Source: Polyangiaceae bacterium (GTDB taxonomy: Bacteria > Myxococcota_A > Polyangia > Polyangiales > Polyangiaceae). Taken from it: 64,000 nucleotides of DNA. Below are positions 9,239 through 18,973 of this stretch, one piece after another (position 1 is the stretch's first letter; every line of letters begins with the position of its first letter). Position numbers and translations under genes: made by a program. Below the pieces are notes generated by a model. That model made no database searches, was not told the origin of the DNA, and saw nothing but the letters and a program-made list of their open reading frames with translations. Location: assembly GCA_044376115.1 (NCBI GenBank), contig JBILLK010000038.1, positions 1 to 64,000 on the forward strand, in the 5' to 3' direction.

Positions 9239-10546
9239 ATGCGGCCGCGGGCGCTCATCCGCCTGCTCGCGCTGTTGGTTGTTGGATGCAGTGCCCCGCT
9301 TCCTCCGGTGCAGCCCGCGCCGATCATGGCTGAGCTTGGGCAACCCGAGCTGGCGTCGCCTTCAGCGTCGGCGACGGCCCCAGCGGCACCAGCGCCGTGC
9401 GTCGAGATCGTAAACGGCACGCTCGAGTGCAAGGTCGCAAAGAGTGGCGCCACCTGCACGGTGGACGAGATCAGCGAAGCGATCGCGCAGGAGCTCGCCG
9501 CGATGCCCAACCGTGAGGCCTTGAAGCTGGTGCTCGACGAGCCGACCCAACGCGGAGTGGACAGCCTGCGCAAGGTGCCTTGGTTGACGCAACTTTCGAT
9601 CGGTAACGGTAAACGCGTCGTCAGCCTCGAGTCGCTCGGGTCGCTCCAGAACTTGCGAAAGTTGCACGTGGGCTCGCTACCGAAGGCGCAGCTGACGGGG
9701 CTGTCCGTGTTGACCGAGCTCGAGGATTTGGAGCTGCAGTGGACCGAAGGGGATCTCGAGTTCCTGCGACCTCTTGCCAAGCTGAAGAGGCTCCGGATCA
9801 GCAACCTGAAAGGGCTGCCTCGTGATGCTGCGCTGACGGCACTGCTAAAGCTCGAGGACCTGCAGCTGTTCGACTGTGAGGTCGAAGACCTCTCGGCCAT
9901 TGGCCAGCTTAGCGGACTCAAACGGCTCTCCCTGTATCACTCCGATGTGAAGGACCTCGCTCCGCTCGCCTCATTGAAGCGGCTGGACTACCTCAACCTC
10001 AGCATGACCAACGTGAGCTCGATTAGCGCGCTTGCCAGCCTGGATAGCTTATCGTCGCTCGACCTTTCCTTCGTCGATAACGTGAGCGACTTGCGACCAT
10101 TGAGCCGCCTATCAACGCTCGAGGTGCTCGAACTGACGCAGACCCCCAGGATCGAGGACATCGGAAGCCTTGCTGGGCTGACTTCGCTACGCTCACTCAC
10201 GCTCGACTCAACCAGGATCAAGAGCCTCAAACCGCTTGCTCGACTCACGTCGCTCGAGACGCTGAGCGTGCAAGACACCGCCGTGACAGACCTATCGCCC
10301 CTATCCGGTTTGAGTTCGCTGCAGTCGCTCGATGTGCGCGGCACCAAGATTAGCTCGATAGCGCCGCTCGCCGGCCTGGAGAAGCTCATGTTCATCTATC
10401 TCTCGAAGACCGCCGTGCGCGATCTCAAGCCGCTCGAGAAGCTCAGCGAGCTGATGATTCTCAACCTTCCAGTAGCAGCCTCGCGTAGCGCCGTGCCGAA
10501 CATCCAGCGCATCAATCCTACCGCCGAGTTCACGTTTGAGGATTGA
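9239..10546 (+). CDS. Leucine-rich repeat lipoprotein (internalin-like LRRs)
   Basis: Lipobox LVVGC after ATG 9239; many ~22-aa LxxLxxLxxLxL repeats. Confidence 0.9.
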   Translation: MRPRALIRLLALLVVGCSAPLPPVQPAPIMAELGQPELASPSASATAPAAPAPCVEIVNGTLECKVAKSGATCTVDEISEAIAQELAAMPNREALKLVLDEPTQRGVDSLRKVPWLTQLSIGNGKRVVSLESLGSLQNLRKLHVGSLPKAQLTGLSVLTELEDLELQWTEGDLEFLRPLAKLKRLRISNLKGLPRDAALTALLKLEDLQLFDCEVEDLSAIGQLSGLKRLSLYHSDVKDLAPLASLKRLDYLNLSMTNVSSISALASLDSLSSLDLSFVDNVSDLRPLSRLSTLEVLELTQTPRIEDIGSLAGLTSLRSLTLDSTRIKSLKPLARLTSLETLSVQDTAVTDLSPLSGLSSLQSLDVRGTKISSIAPLAGLEKLMFIYLSKTAVRDLKPLEKLSELMILNLPVAASRSAVPNIQRINPTAEFTFED

Positions 10547-10689
10547 GCGCTCGTGAGCTCTGTGTGGAGCGCGCCCTTATGTAACCATGCCCGAATGCTG
10601 ATCCGTGGCTGCTCGGTCTGATCGTTCTCCTCGGCTGCGCCTGTGCGTCGGACGCTTCGGGTCGCAAGCAAGGCGGCGAGGAACGTGAG

Positions 10690-11069
10690 CTGGGTGCAGA
10701 CCCCAGCGCGCCGCACGCTCGAGCAAGCTCACTGCGCTCGATCGCAAGACGCTCACGACCTTCTCTCGCACGCCGCCGCTCGCCAGCTGGAAGAAGCACC
10801 ACCCTGAGCCGTTCGTCACAGCAGTACGCAAGCTGTTAAAGGACTTTGCAGCAGCGCAATTGGCAGCAGAGAAGCTGAGCGTCGCCTCGCTCGACCTCGC
10901 TCTCCGCCGCGTCACCAAGGCACTCAACGTCTGCGACAAGCGCTTCAAGCACCCGATTCAAACCCCCGACGCCGAAGAGCTGGTCGAGGAGCTGTTAAAC
11001 ATCGCAATTGCTGCGGGCCTGAGTGAACAGGCCGCCGCGCTGACCATCGATGAGGCACGTGCGTTTTGA
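10690..11069 (+). pseudogene. Start-less helical fragment, or a short hypothetical protein
   Basis: The frame of ORF 10860-11069 stays open and protein-like back to a TGA near 10687 (SWKKHHPEPFVTAVRKLL...) without an upstream start codon. Confidence 0.4.
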
Positions 11070-11107
11070 CGCTCAACGTCCGGGTAACACGCTCAGCTAC
11101 GCTGCCG

Positions 11108-12055
11108 TCATTCGAGCGTGAGGTTGGTCGCTAGATAGGACGCTCCGGCGTTGTCGCGCGCCGGAGAGCTTGCGCCGATGGTAACCGTGAACTCGCCCAC
11201 GCCCACGTCCACGAGCTCAGTCGTTACCACCTGGACGATCGCCTTGTTGCTCGGCGGTAGGAGTTGCAACACCTCGCTCGGAACGCTGCCGGCGTTGGCG
11301 CTGGCGTCGAAGCTGCAGCTCGCACTCAACTTCGAAGTAACGTCGATGACGCGCACGAGGACGGTCCCTTGGTCAGTGCCGGACCAGCTGAAGGCAAGGT
11401 CGCTCGAGCGGTCGATCACGCTGAGCGCAGCCAGGCTCGGCGCATCGATGTCAATCAGCCCCGGCGCAGCGATCACCTCGCTATGAGCGGGCACTTCCGC
11501 GGAGCCGGCCAGGCTAAAGGTCAATGCGTCTCCGCCGCCGAATAGCGTCTCCGAGGCAAAGTCAGGCGTGTACTGGTTTTCGGCATTGGGCACTAAGGTG
11601 AAGTCACGCTGACCACCGGTAATGGTTATATCGCCGGCGGAGACGGCAACGAGATCACCTCCTTCACATACCGATAAGAAGGTGCAATTACCCAGCACCT
11701 GCGGCTCGCAGTTCGCCGCCTCTTGGGTGAAGAACAGAGCGTTTGCGCCGGATTGCACGACCGAGGTGCCACTGACCGAGAACGATATCGATTCGGCGAG
11801 TACGAGCCCTGTGCGTCGAAGTTCCGGGGGACTGCCTCCCGCGCCGGTGCCACCGCTACCACCGACGTTGGAACCGCCGCTGGCGGGGTCCCCACCGCTA
11901 CCGCTGCCGCCGTTTCCACCACTATCGACGCCGCTCGACCCGCCGCCGCCGCTCGGACCGCCTCCCTCACCTGCGCCGCCCCCGGTGCTGTCATCGCCAC
12001 AACCAGCAAGCAGGACGAACGTACCCATCAAGCCGAGCCTTACGAATGAATGCAT
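11108..12055 (-). CDS. Lipoprotein with Gly-rich linker and beta-rich Cys-containing domain
   Basis: MHSFVRLG...LLAGC lipobox; GGAG-rich spacer. Confidence 0.8.
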   Translation of the reverse strand: MHSFVRLGLMGTFVLLAGCGDDSTGGGAGEGGGPSGGGGSSGVDSGGNGGSGSGGDPASGGSNVGGSGGTGAGGSPPELRRTGLVLAESISFSVSGTSVVQSGANALFFTQEAANCEPQVLGNCTFLSVCEGGDLVAVSAGDITITGGQRDFTLVPNAENQYTPDFASETLFGGGDALTFSLAGSAEVPAHSEVIAAPGLIDIDAPSLAALSVIDRSSDLAFSWSGTDQGTVLVRVIDVTSKLSASCSFDASANAGSVPSEVLQLLPPSNKAIVQVVTTELVDVGVGEFTVTIGASSPARDNAGASYLATNLTLE

Positions 12056-12199
12056 CACTTCCTCCAAGCCAAGCCAGCCAGTGCCTCGAGTACGCAGATT
12101 TCGCTTTGCCGCCCCCGGCGGAATCTTGCTGAGGCTTGAACGCTTGCCATCGACGCACCGCTTTTGGCCCAAGGATCGACAGCCACGTAGCCTCCCGAG

Positions 12200-13048
12200 A
12201 TGGCGAACAATCCGTATCCGGGCCAGGGCTACCCACAGGCACCAGGGCAACACCAGGCCGCGCAACAGCAGTACCCTCAGCAAGGCTATCCGCAGCAACC
12301 GCAGCAGCCGCAACAACCGCAACAGCCGCCGCAGGGTGCGCCACCGCCTCCCCCAGAGCCTCCGGCGCCGCGTGGACCGAGCGTATTAGGGCCGCCGCAG
12401 GGCCCGGCAAAGATGCTCTACGTCGGCGTCGTCCTGATGCTCGTCGCCTTCAGCGCCAAGCAAGTGATGGTCAATCTGTCGCTGAAGTCCTCCGGCAACC
12501 TGCTCGAGCACGAGAAGGTCGAGGCCCAGATGGCGGTCGAGATCGGAGAGATCAACGAGGCGCTCGATCCGATCGACACCGAGATCGACGAGCTCGAGGC
12601 CGAAGCGCCCAAGCCCCCCAAAGCCAGCGCAGACGACAAGGAGGAGCTCAGACCCGAAGGCAACAAGGACTTCGAGGCCTACATGGAAAAGAAGGGCAAG
12701 CACGAGGAGAAGGTCGCCAAGCTGCGGAAGAAGCGACAAGATCAGGACACCGACCTCGAGGACAAGCGCAAAGCCGTGCGCAAGAAGTACGGCCCCGAGC
12801 TGCGCGCAGCGGCCCGCACCTTGGTCGAAGCGCGCGCTGCAGGTATCGGGCGAGTTCAGCTCACCCTGATCGGAAAGCTCATCCTCGACTTCCTCAAGAT
12901 CGGTGGAGCGGCGCTCTGTGTACTTGCTGGGCTTGGTATCGCGGCCGACAAAGAGCAACCCACCAGCCTGCAGATCTATGCCGCCGTGATCGGTGGCATC
13001 GCCTTCCTGGCCGTCGTAGCCGGCGGCGTCGCAGCTCTGCTCGGTTGA
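12200..13048 (+). CDS. Membrane protein with Q/P-rich N-terminus and coiled coil
   Basis: YPQQ/PQQ repeats, one hydrophobic helix, charged coiled coil, two C-terminal hydrophobic helices. Confidence 0.8.
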   Translation: MANNPYPGQGYPQAPGQHQAAQQQYPQQGYPQQPQQPQQPQQPPQGAPPPPPEPPAPRGPSVLGPPQGPAKMLYVGVVLMLVAFSAKQVMVNLSLKSSGNLLEHEKVEAQMAVEIGEINEALDPIDTEIDELEAEAPKPPKASADDKEELRPEGNKDFEAYMEKKGKHEEKVAKLRKKRQDQDTDLEDKRKAVRKKYGPELRAAARTLVEARAAGIGRVQLTLIGKLILDFLKIGGAALCVLAGLGIAADKEQPTSLQIYAAVIGGIAFLAVVAGGVAALLG

Positions 13049-13226
13049 GCCCTCGATAGATTACGAAAACAGGGCGTGAGGTCGCAGCTCAGCGGGCGCT
13101 GCGACCCACGACCCAGCCTCGGCTAGGGCACCGCCTCGCAGAAAGTGTCCGGCGCAAATGCGCCGCGACGCCCACCCCCGCGAAAAGAACGAGGCGCCTC
13201 TCCCGCGACGGTGTACAACCTCAACC

Positions 13227-13646
13227 ATGTCCTCCGCAGATCCCCAGGCTGAGCAGGTTTTCGCTGCCTTGCAGGCGCTCAAGACGGCCTGGCCAATGAA
13301 AGGCTGGAGCTGGGATTCACGGCTCTGTTGCGTGGCTTCCTCGTTCGGTGCGCATAACTCCGAGGACGCACGAGCCGCCATCGCCAAAGGCCTATCCAAG
13401 AGCTGGACGAAGGACACCATCGGTTCGGCGCCGGAGCGCGTTCAGGCGCTTGCTACGCAGTGTGAAGGCATCCGCAAAGGCCAGCTGCTGCTGACGGGCG
13501 GTGACGTGGATGCGCTGCTTCCCTTCGGCCTTTGGTGGCCGTGGGAAGAGTCCCCGACGATCTCCTTCCGCATCGGCCTCGCCGAGCTCGATCCTTCGCA
13601 TCGGCATTACGCGCGCCTCTTCGGCATCTTCGGCATCACGCTCTGA
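13227..13646 (+). CDS. Hypothetical protein
   Basis: Trp-rich globular ORF from ATG 13227 (WSWD, LWWPW). Confidence 0.7.
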   Translation: MSSADPQAEQVFAALQALKTAWPMKGWSWDSRLCCVASSFGAHNSEDARAAIAKGLSKSWTKDTIGSAPERVQALATQCEGIRKGQLLLTGGDVDALLPFGLWWPWEESPTISFRIGLAELDPSHRHYARLFGIFGITL

Positions 13647-13652
13647 TCCCGC

Positions 13653-14324
13653 TCACGAGGTCGCCCGGGGCGAGCCACCGCGCGGGTTGTGAGCCTGCGC
13701 CGCCGGAGGCACCCCGCCGCTGACCTGATCATCGCGCAAGGTACCGCGTAGCCAACAAGTGCGCTCGACCATGACGTTGAACAGCGTGAGCATCGTCTGC
13801 TCGAGCTGCGCCGCCTGCGCTCCCTCCAGAATCGCGAGCGCCCGCACAATCGCCTCGAACGTCGCGAGGCCGCCTTCACGCGGCTCGCTGCGCAGCCGAT
13901 AGCTGCTCGGATCCCCTTCCGGCAAAGTCACGCAGGTCAAACGTGCGAGCCCCGGCACGCGTTGCCGCATCTTGCTCGCCTGGCGCCACGTCCCGTCGGG
14001 TACGAACAACTGAATCGGTTGCGCGCTGTTCGCAAACTCGGTCAACGGCAGCGCGTCCTTCGCCGGAAAAAGTAACAGCGGCTGCGTGCCCGCCTCGAGC
14101 TCCAAGGTGGTGATGGGATCATTGCGCAGACCAACGACCTGTACGCCGCTACGCACGAGGCAACGCGCTGCAAGTTGACCCGTGTTCGTCGGCTTGCGGG
14201 CCTCGCGGTAGTGAACCAAGAGCGACAGCCGCGTACGCGTCGTGAGCTGTGGAACGAGCTCACAAATGCACAGCGTCACGTGCATCAAGCAAAGCGCACA
14301 GCGCTCGGTTTCACGACGGCTCAT
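13653..14324 (-). CDS. DTW-domain tRNA aminocarboxypropyltransferase-like protein
   Basis: N-terminal CxxC...CxC, KPTNTG, LLFP, PDGTW, LATFEA. Confidence 0.9.
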   Translation of the reverse strand: MSRRETERCALCLMHVTLCICELVPQLTTRTRLSLLVHYREARKPTNTGQLAARCLVRSGVQVVGLRNDPITTLELEAGTQPLLLFPAKDALPLTEFANSAQPIQLFVPDGTWRQASKMRQRVPGLARLTCVTLPEGDPSSYRLRSEPREGGLATFEAIVRALAILEGAQAAQLEQTMLTLFNVMVERTCWLRGTLRDDQVSGGVPPAAQAHNPRGGSPRATS

Positions 14325-14863
14325 CGGCGTTCCTCGGCGTCGAAAAGCCCGCCATCCATGAATAGGTCAAGCGCTGCTAATAGCAGCAACAACAAGCAGC
14401 TGAGCACCGTCATACCGACGATGAAGGTATCGGCTCGCTCCACGGCGCGGGTGATGGCGGCCAGCGCGACCTCTGGCGGCGGCGGCGTTCGAATCAGCGT
14501 CTTCAGAATGCCGAGCACCCACAAGGAGGAGAGCGTCAGCGAAAGCCCATAAGGCGAAAGCACCGCCAGCCCGATGTAGCGGCTCCCCTTCCCTCCTAGA
14601 AACACGCGGCCAAACGGCTGACCCACCAACATCACCGCGACGCCCGCCCAGACGCGTTGCCCCAGCTTCTTCGCGAACGCGAGGCTCTGCAGGTCCACTT
14701 TGGCGCCCTTGGGCGGTGGCTCAAGGTCGAAGACCGCGACAAACGAAGCCGTCACCACCACCACCGTCACCAGCCAAAGCGCTGGCCGCTTCAGCTTGAA
14801 GTACGGCAGCACCAGGGCGATCACGGCAAGCAACACCAGGCCTGCGCCCCAAGCGTCCATCAT
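14321..14863 (-). CDS. Integral membrane hypothetical protein
   Basis: Several hydrophobic segments; ATGA overlap with the DTW gene. Confidence 0.7.
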   Translation of the reverse strand: MMDAWGAGLVLLAVIALVLPYFKLKRPALWLVTVVVVTASFVAVFDLEPPPKGAKVDLQSLAFAKKLGQRVWAGVAVMLVGQPFGRVFLGGKGSRYIGLAVLSPYGLSLTLSSLWVLGILKTLIRTPPPPEVALAAITRAVERADTFIVGMTVLSCLLLLLLAALDLFMDGGLFDAEERR

Positions 14864-14982
14864 TTGCGCTTGGCCCAGTGCAGGAACTCTTGATCGCCAG
14901 CCACCAAACGAAAGCTGTTGATCGCCAGCACGCCCGCCAACCCGAGCAGCAGCAGCGGCATCCAGAAGCGACGCTTCTTCAT
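14860..14982 (-). CDS. Small 40-aa single-helix membrane peptide
   Basis: MKKRRFWMPLLLLGLAGVLAINSF...; ATGA overlap with the next gene. Confidence 0.5.
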   Translation of the reverse strand: MKKRRFWMPLLLLGLAGVLAINSFRLVAGDQEFLHWAKRK

Positions 14983-15248
14983 GGAAGCAAGGTACACGAG
15001 CGCCTGAGGCAGCGTGGCTGCCTTCAGCTCATCCGCTGGCGCGAGCCAGCACACGGCCGATTTGATTTTGGCTACGCAACGATGCGCCTACGCAAGGCTT
15101 TGCTCGATCACGCCGCGCTCGGCGCAATGCCGCTTGGCGTTGCGGGTAATCCTGGCCCGAGCGCGCAATGCGGTAGGCACGCGGGTTGCTTTTACGAAAC
15201 ACGCCCGATGGGCAACACGCAACTCGACCGAACGACGGAGCCAACGAA

Positions 15249-15761
15249 ATGAGCCACACCATGCATCGAAGAACGGTCCTAGCTTTCCTCGCCGGCGCAG
15301 GGCTACTCGTAGCCACGCCGCTTTGGGCGCAGACCAAGAAAGATGACATCGACGTCGCCGACCTTCCGGCGGACGTACGCAACGTACTCGAGCAGTACGC
15401 CGGCCTGCTGCGCGCGAGCAAAGACCTCGCGGCGTGTGCCAGCGCCTTCCTTGCGATCGCCGGCGGCGGACTCGTGAACGAGGACGGCTCCAAGCTCCGC
15501 TCCACGGTTATGGGCTTCGGCCTCAAGAAGGACTTCGAGAACGTTAAGTTCTACGCCGACCCCGTTCGCATTACTCGCGTGGCGAAGCTCCCGCCGGTGA
15601 CCAGCGGCTTCGGTTCGAGCGCCATCACCGGCCCGAGCTTCAAGATCTGGATCGCCAAGAAGGAAGGCGCAGGCGGACTACCCGCTCCGACGACGATCCT
15701 CGTCCCCGAAGGTCACAAGACCATCAAAGCGCCCAAGGTCATCACCATCGGGAGCCTGTAA
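15249..15761 (+). CDS. Exported hypothetical protein (possible Tat signal)
   Basis: HRRTVL followed by a hydrophobic stretch and LWA cleavage-like site. Confidence 0.8.
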   Translation: MSHTMHRRTVLAFLAGAGLLVATPLWAQTKKDDIDVADLPADVRNVLEQYAGLLRASKDLAACASAFLAIAGGGLVNEDGSKLRSTVMGFGLKKDFENVKFYADPVRITRVAKLPPVTSGFGSSAITGPSFKIWIAKKEGAGGLPAPTTILVPEGHKTIKAPKVITIGSL

Positions 15762-15795
15762 CGGCTGGCTGCACCTCTCCGTGCAGTCGACCGTT
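15760..15795. terminator. Hairpin between convergent genes
   Basis: AACGGCTGGCTGCAC / GTGCAGTCGACCGTT imperfect 15-bp stem, 6-nt loop; no U tract. Confidence 0.4.
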
Positions 15796-15803
15796 CGGCC
15801 TGC

Positions 15804-17741
15804 TCAGAACATCTGCTCGAGGTGCTGGATGTCCTGCTTCACGTCGAAGCTGCGCTGCTTCGAAGGGCCGAAGGCGTCGGCTGGGCTCGGCGCCGCTGGC
15901 TGATTCTTGCGCATCTCGAGCACGATGGTGGGCGGATATTCGATGGTGTACTGGATCTGAAAGGTGCGCTTCTCCTTCGCTTGCAGCGTGACCGGCCAGC
16001 GCAGGATGCCCTTCGAATCGGGCTTGGCGTCGGGGCTCAACTTGATGCCGCTCACCACGACGTCTTTGTCCTCCGACACCGGCAAGCGATCGGCGAGCTC
16101 GAGCGTGGAGGGCTTGCTCGAAAGGTTCTCCACCGTGACCACGAAGGCGAGCTGCATCTGCGTGCGCGTCTTGCGCACGATCGCGCTGCGTTTTTTGTCG
16201 AGCACGCGCGATAGCTTGAGGTGATCGGCCACGCCTTGGAACACGCTGAAGCGCTCGCCATCGGCGACGAAGTCGACGTCGGTCACGCCTAAGAAGGCGC
16301 CGGAGTGGTAGAGCGAGACGGTGCCCGGGAGCACCGACTGACCGCCCTCGTTGGTCAATTCGACGACCTCAGCGGCGTTCAGCGATTGCTCCGGTGCAGC
16401 CACGATGGCGCGCTTGGCTTTGAGCTCGCTGCGCCCGATGGGCACGCGCACCGAACGGCCGTCGGCGCGCACCTTGGTCGTAGAAAGCGCCTTGAACTGA
16501 GCGGTGGTCCCGCGTTGCTCGAGGCTCGCGAAGATCTGCACCGTCTTGCTTTGGACGATCTCGAGATGTTCGATGTTGCTCGAATAGCTCTGCTCGAAGT
16601 CGCGCATCGTGGCGCTCGATTGGTTGCGTTTGTTCCAGAGCATGTTCTGGCCTTTGAAGGCCGATTCGGCGCGCGTGAAAGAGGCTGAGCGGCGCTCCAC
16701 GGTCTGCGTTTGGCGGCTGGGCTCTCCCAGCGTGAGCGCCTCGAGCTCGGGGATTTGCACCGCTGCGGTGGAGGACTGCGTCGAGAAGCTGAGTTCGGCC
16801 TCCTCCCAATCTTCACCGCTGGCTTGCGTCACCACAGCGTAGGAGGTGAGCTCGACCTTGCCGGGATCCGCATCGGTCGCGCGCAGCTCGTGGCTCGCTT
16901 CCCAGGTCGCTCCCGGCAACATGTACGACAACTCGAGCGTGGCCTCGGCGGGCGTCGGGCTGGCGAGCGTGACGAACACCTTCGTCTCTTCGACCTGACT
17001 GAGCGCCTTGAGCTCATCGAGCCGCTTTTGGCTGGCGTCGAGCTCGGGCCGCAGCCGCTCCCGCTCGATCTCGACATTGCGACGCGCCTTCGCCAACGCA
17101 CGCAGTTGCTCGCCGATGAACTCGACCACCGAGGCGTAGGTCTCGACACCGACCCGACCCGCTGGTTTTTGCGCCGCCGCCTCCGCGCTCGCTCCAGCGC
17201 CGCGCAAATCGCGTGTGAGCGCCTCCAGCGAGAAGGCGCGGATGTCGGTGATTTGTTGGGATTGGGCGTCGAGCACGCCCAGCTCGTCGTCGAGCGCATT
17301 CACGCGATCGCGCAGGGCGCGCGCGTCGTCTTCGGCCTTCTGGAAGCTCTCGTCGGTGGAGCGCGAGAGGTAGGTGCGCCCGACCCGAACGTCGAGGATG
17401 CGACCCGCGCTGGTTGCGACGCGCACCGAGCCTTCGTCGACCCAGCCGGGTAGCGAGCGGAACACCAGCACGGTGGGCTCGGTGCTGGCTTTGGCCGTCG
17501 CCGTGCGCGTGATCATCGCCCGGTCGGAGTAGACGGTGACCTTGCGTACGCGCGAACTGAGCGGCACCGCGTTCGGATCGTCCTCGTTGACCACGCTCGC
17601 CCGCGGGGCCATCGGGTCGGGGGTGGTCGCCGTCGCTGTCACCGTCGGCGTTACGGTGGAAGGCGGAGCACAGGCCGCCGCGCCCACGAGGAGGAGGGCG
17701 ATCCAAGGGGAGAGCGAAGGTGAGCGGAGAATCCTCGTCAT
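15804..17741 (-). CDS. DUF4140/DUF4139 (MuiA-like) lipoprotein
   Basis: VTVYSDRA, coiled coil, VTQASGEDW...LSFST, DRLPVS; AAAC lipobox. Confidence 0.9.
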   Translation of the reverse strand: MTRILRSPSLSPWIALLLVGAAACAPPSTVTPTVTATATTPDPMAPRASVVNEDDPNAVPLSSRVRKVTVYSDRAMITRTATAKASTEPTVLVFRSLPGWVDEGSVRVATSAGRILDVRVGRTYLSRSTDESFQKAEDDARALRDRVNALDDELGVLDAQSQQITDIRAFSLEALTRDLRGAGASAEAAAQKPAGRVGVETYASVVEFIGEQLRALAKARRNVEIERERLRPELDASQKRLDELKALSQVEETKVFVTLASPTPAEATLELSYMLPGATWEASHELRATDADPGKVELTSYAVVTQASGEDWEEAELSFSTQSSTAAVQIPELEALTLGEPSRQTQTVERRSASFTRAESAFKGQNMLWNKRNQSSATMRDFEQSYSSNIEHLEIVQSKTVQIFASLEQRGTTAQFKALSTTKVRADGRSVRVPIGRSELKAKRAIVAAPEQSLNAAEVVELTNEGGQSVLPGTVSLYHSGAFLGVTDVDFVADGERFSVFQGVADHLKLSRVLDKKRSAIVRKTRTQMQLAFVVTVENLSSKPSTLELADRLPVSEDKDVVVSGIKLSPDAKPDSKGILRWPVTLQAKEKRTFQIQYTIEYPPTIVLEMRKNQPAAPSPADAFGPSKQRSFDVKQDIQHLEQMF

Positions 17742-17878
17742 GCGGCCGAGCTTCGGTCCATCCCGAGGCTGCGGCAAGAGTGCTCGGTCGCGTGGGCCGT
17801 GTAGCGCGCCAGGTCGGCAAGTGAAAATTCGCAAACCGCATCAAGCAGGCCCCCGCCGAAGCGGCTACGACAGCGTTC

Positions 17879-18853
17879 GTGAAGAGTTCCACGCTTTCCT
17901 TCTACGAGACGGCCGTGCGGCGAGCGCTGCTGCGCATCGTTGCGCAGCTCGATGAAGCCCTCGATCTGCCCAGCCTCGCGCGGGAGGCGGCCCTTTCGCC
18001 TTTGCACTTTCACCGCGTCTTCCGCGGCATGGTCGGGGAGACGCCGCTCGAGCTGCATCGGCGCTTGCGACTGGAGCGAGCGGCCTTCGAGCTGACCACC
18101 GGGGACGCGCCGGTGACGCGTATCGCGTTCGACGCAGGCTACGAGACCCATGAGGCCTTCACGCGAGCGTTTCGCCTGGCCTTCGCCTGCTCGCCCTCGG
18201 AGCTGAGAAAAGCTGCGCAAGCAGCGAACGATCCCAACGCGGACAGCGCTCTAGCTGCGCCGCGCACACAAATAACCGCGCGCGTGGGCGTGCACTTCGA
18301 CCCCGCGTACGTAGCGCTCAAAAACGACCCGGCAGCAGCCGCTGCATCCGTCCTTCCCGCATCAACCTTCTTGCCCGGAGTAAGCCTCATGAACGTTGAA
18401 ATCCGAGAATTGCCCGCCCTTCGCCTGGCCACCGTCACGCACCGTGGTCCCTACCCGCAGATCTCCCAAGCCTTCGCCAAGCTCGCTGAGTTGGCCGGAC
18501 CGGCCGGCCTATTTACCGCGCCAGACGTCACCATGATCGCGCTCTACCACGACGATCCTGAGACCACGCCGCCGGACGAACTGCGCTCCGAAGCCGCGCT
18601 CACGATCGCCGAGTACGCGGTGCTCCCAGCGGGACTCGGCGAGGCGCGCATTGCCGCCGGGAGTTATGCAACCACCACCCATGTCGGCCCGTACAACGCG
18701 CTGGGCGATGTTTGGGCCCGCTTGATGGGCGATTGGCTTCCGCGCAGCGGTAAACGCCTCGGCCCCGGGACCTCCTTCGAGATCTACCGCAACACGCCTG
18801 CGGACGTGGCGCCCGAGAGCCTCGTGACCGAGCTCTACTTACCCATCGTCTGA
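17879..18853 (+). CDS. AraC-family regulator with GyrI-like effector domain
   Basis: LSPLHFHRVF, IAFDAGYETHEAFTRAF; HRGPY, HVGPY, FEIY, TELYLP. Confidence 0.92.
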   Translation: MKSSTLSFYETAVRRALLRIVAQLDEALDLPSLAREAALSPLHFHRVFRGMVGETPLELHRRLRLERAAFELTTGDAPVTRIAFDAGYETHEAFTRAFRLAFACSPSELRKAAQAANDPNADSALAAPRTQITARVGVHFDPAYVALKNDPAAAAASVLPASTFLPGVSLMNVEIRELPALRLATVTHRGPYPQISQAFAKLAELAGPAGLFTAPDVTMIALYHDDPETTPPDELRSEAALTIAEYAVLPAGLGEARIAAGSYATTTHVGPYNALGDVWARLMGDWLPRSGKRLGPGTSFEIYRNTPADVAPESLVTELYLPIV

Positions 18854-18973
18854 GCCCGCTTGCGGCTGCGGGTTGGGCGAGCGCGGGCCCGATCGACTCG
18901 AAGATCGAGAATCGGCGAACCGTTTGGCGTCGAGCGTCACTTCAAGGGTGCAACCCCTCGCACCGGAGCCGCC

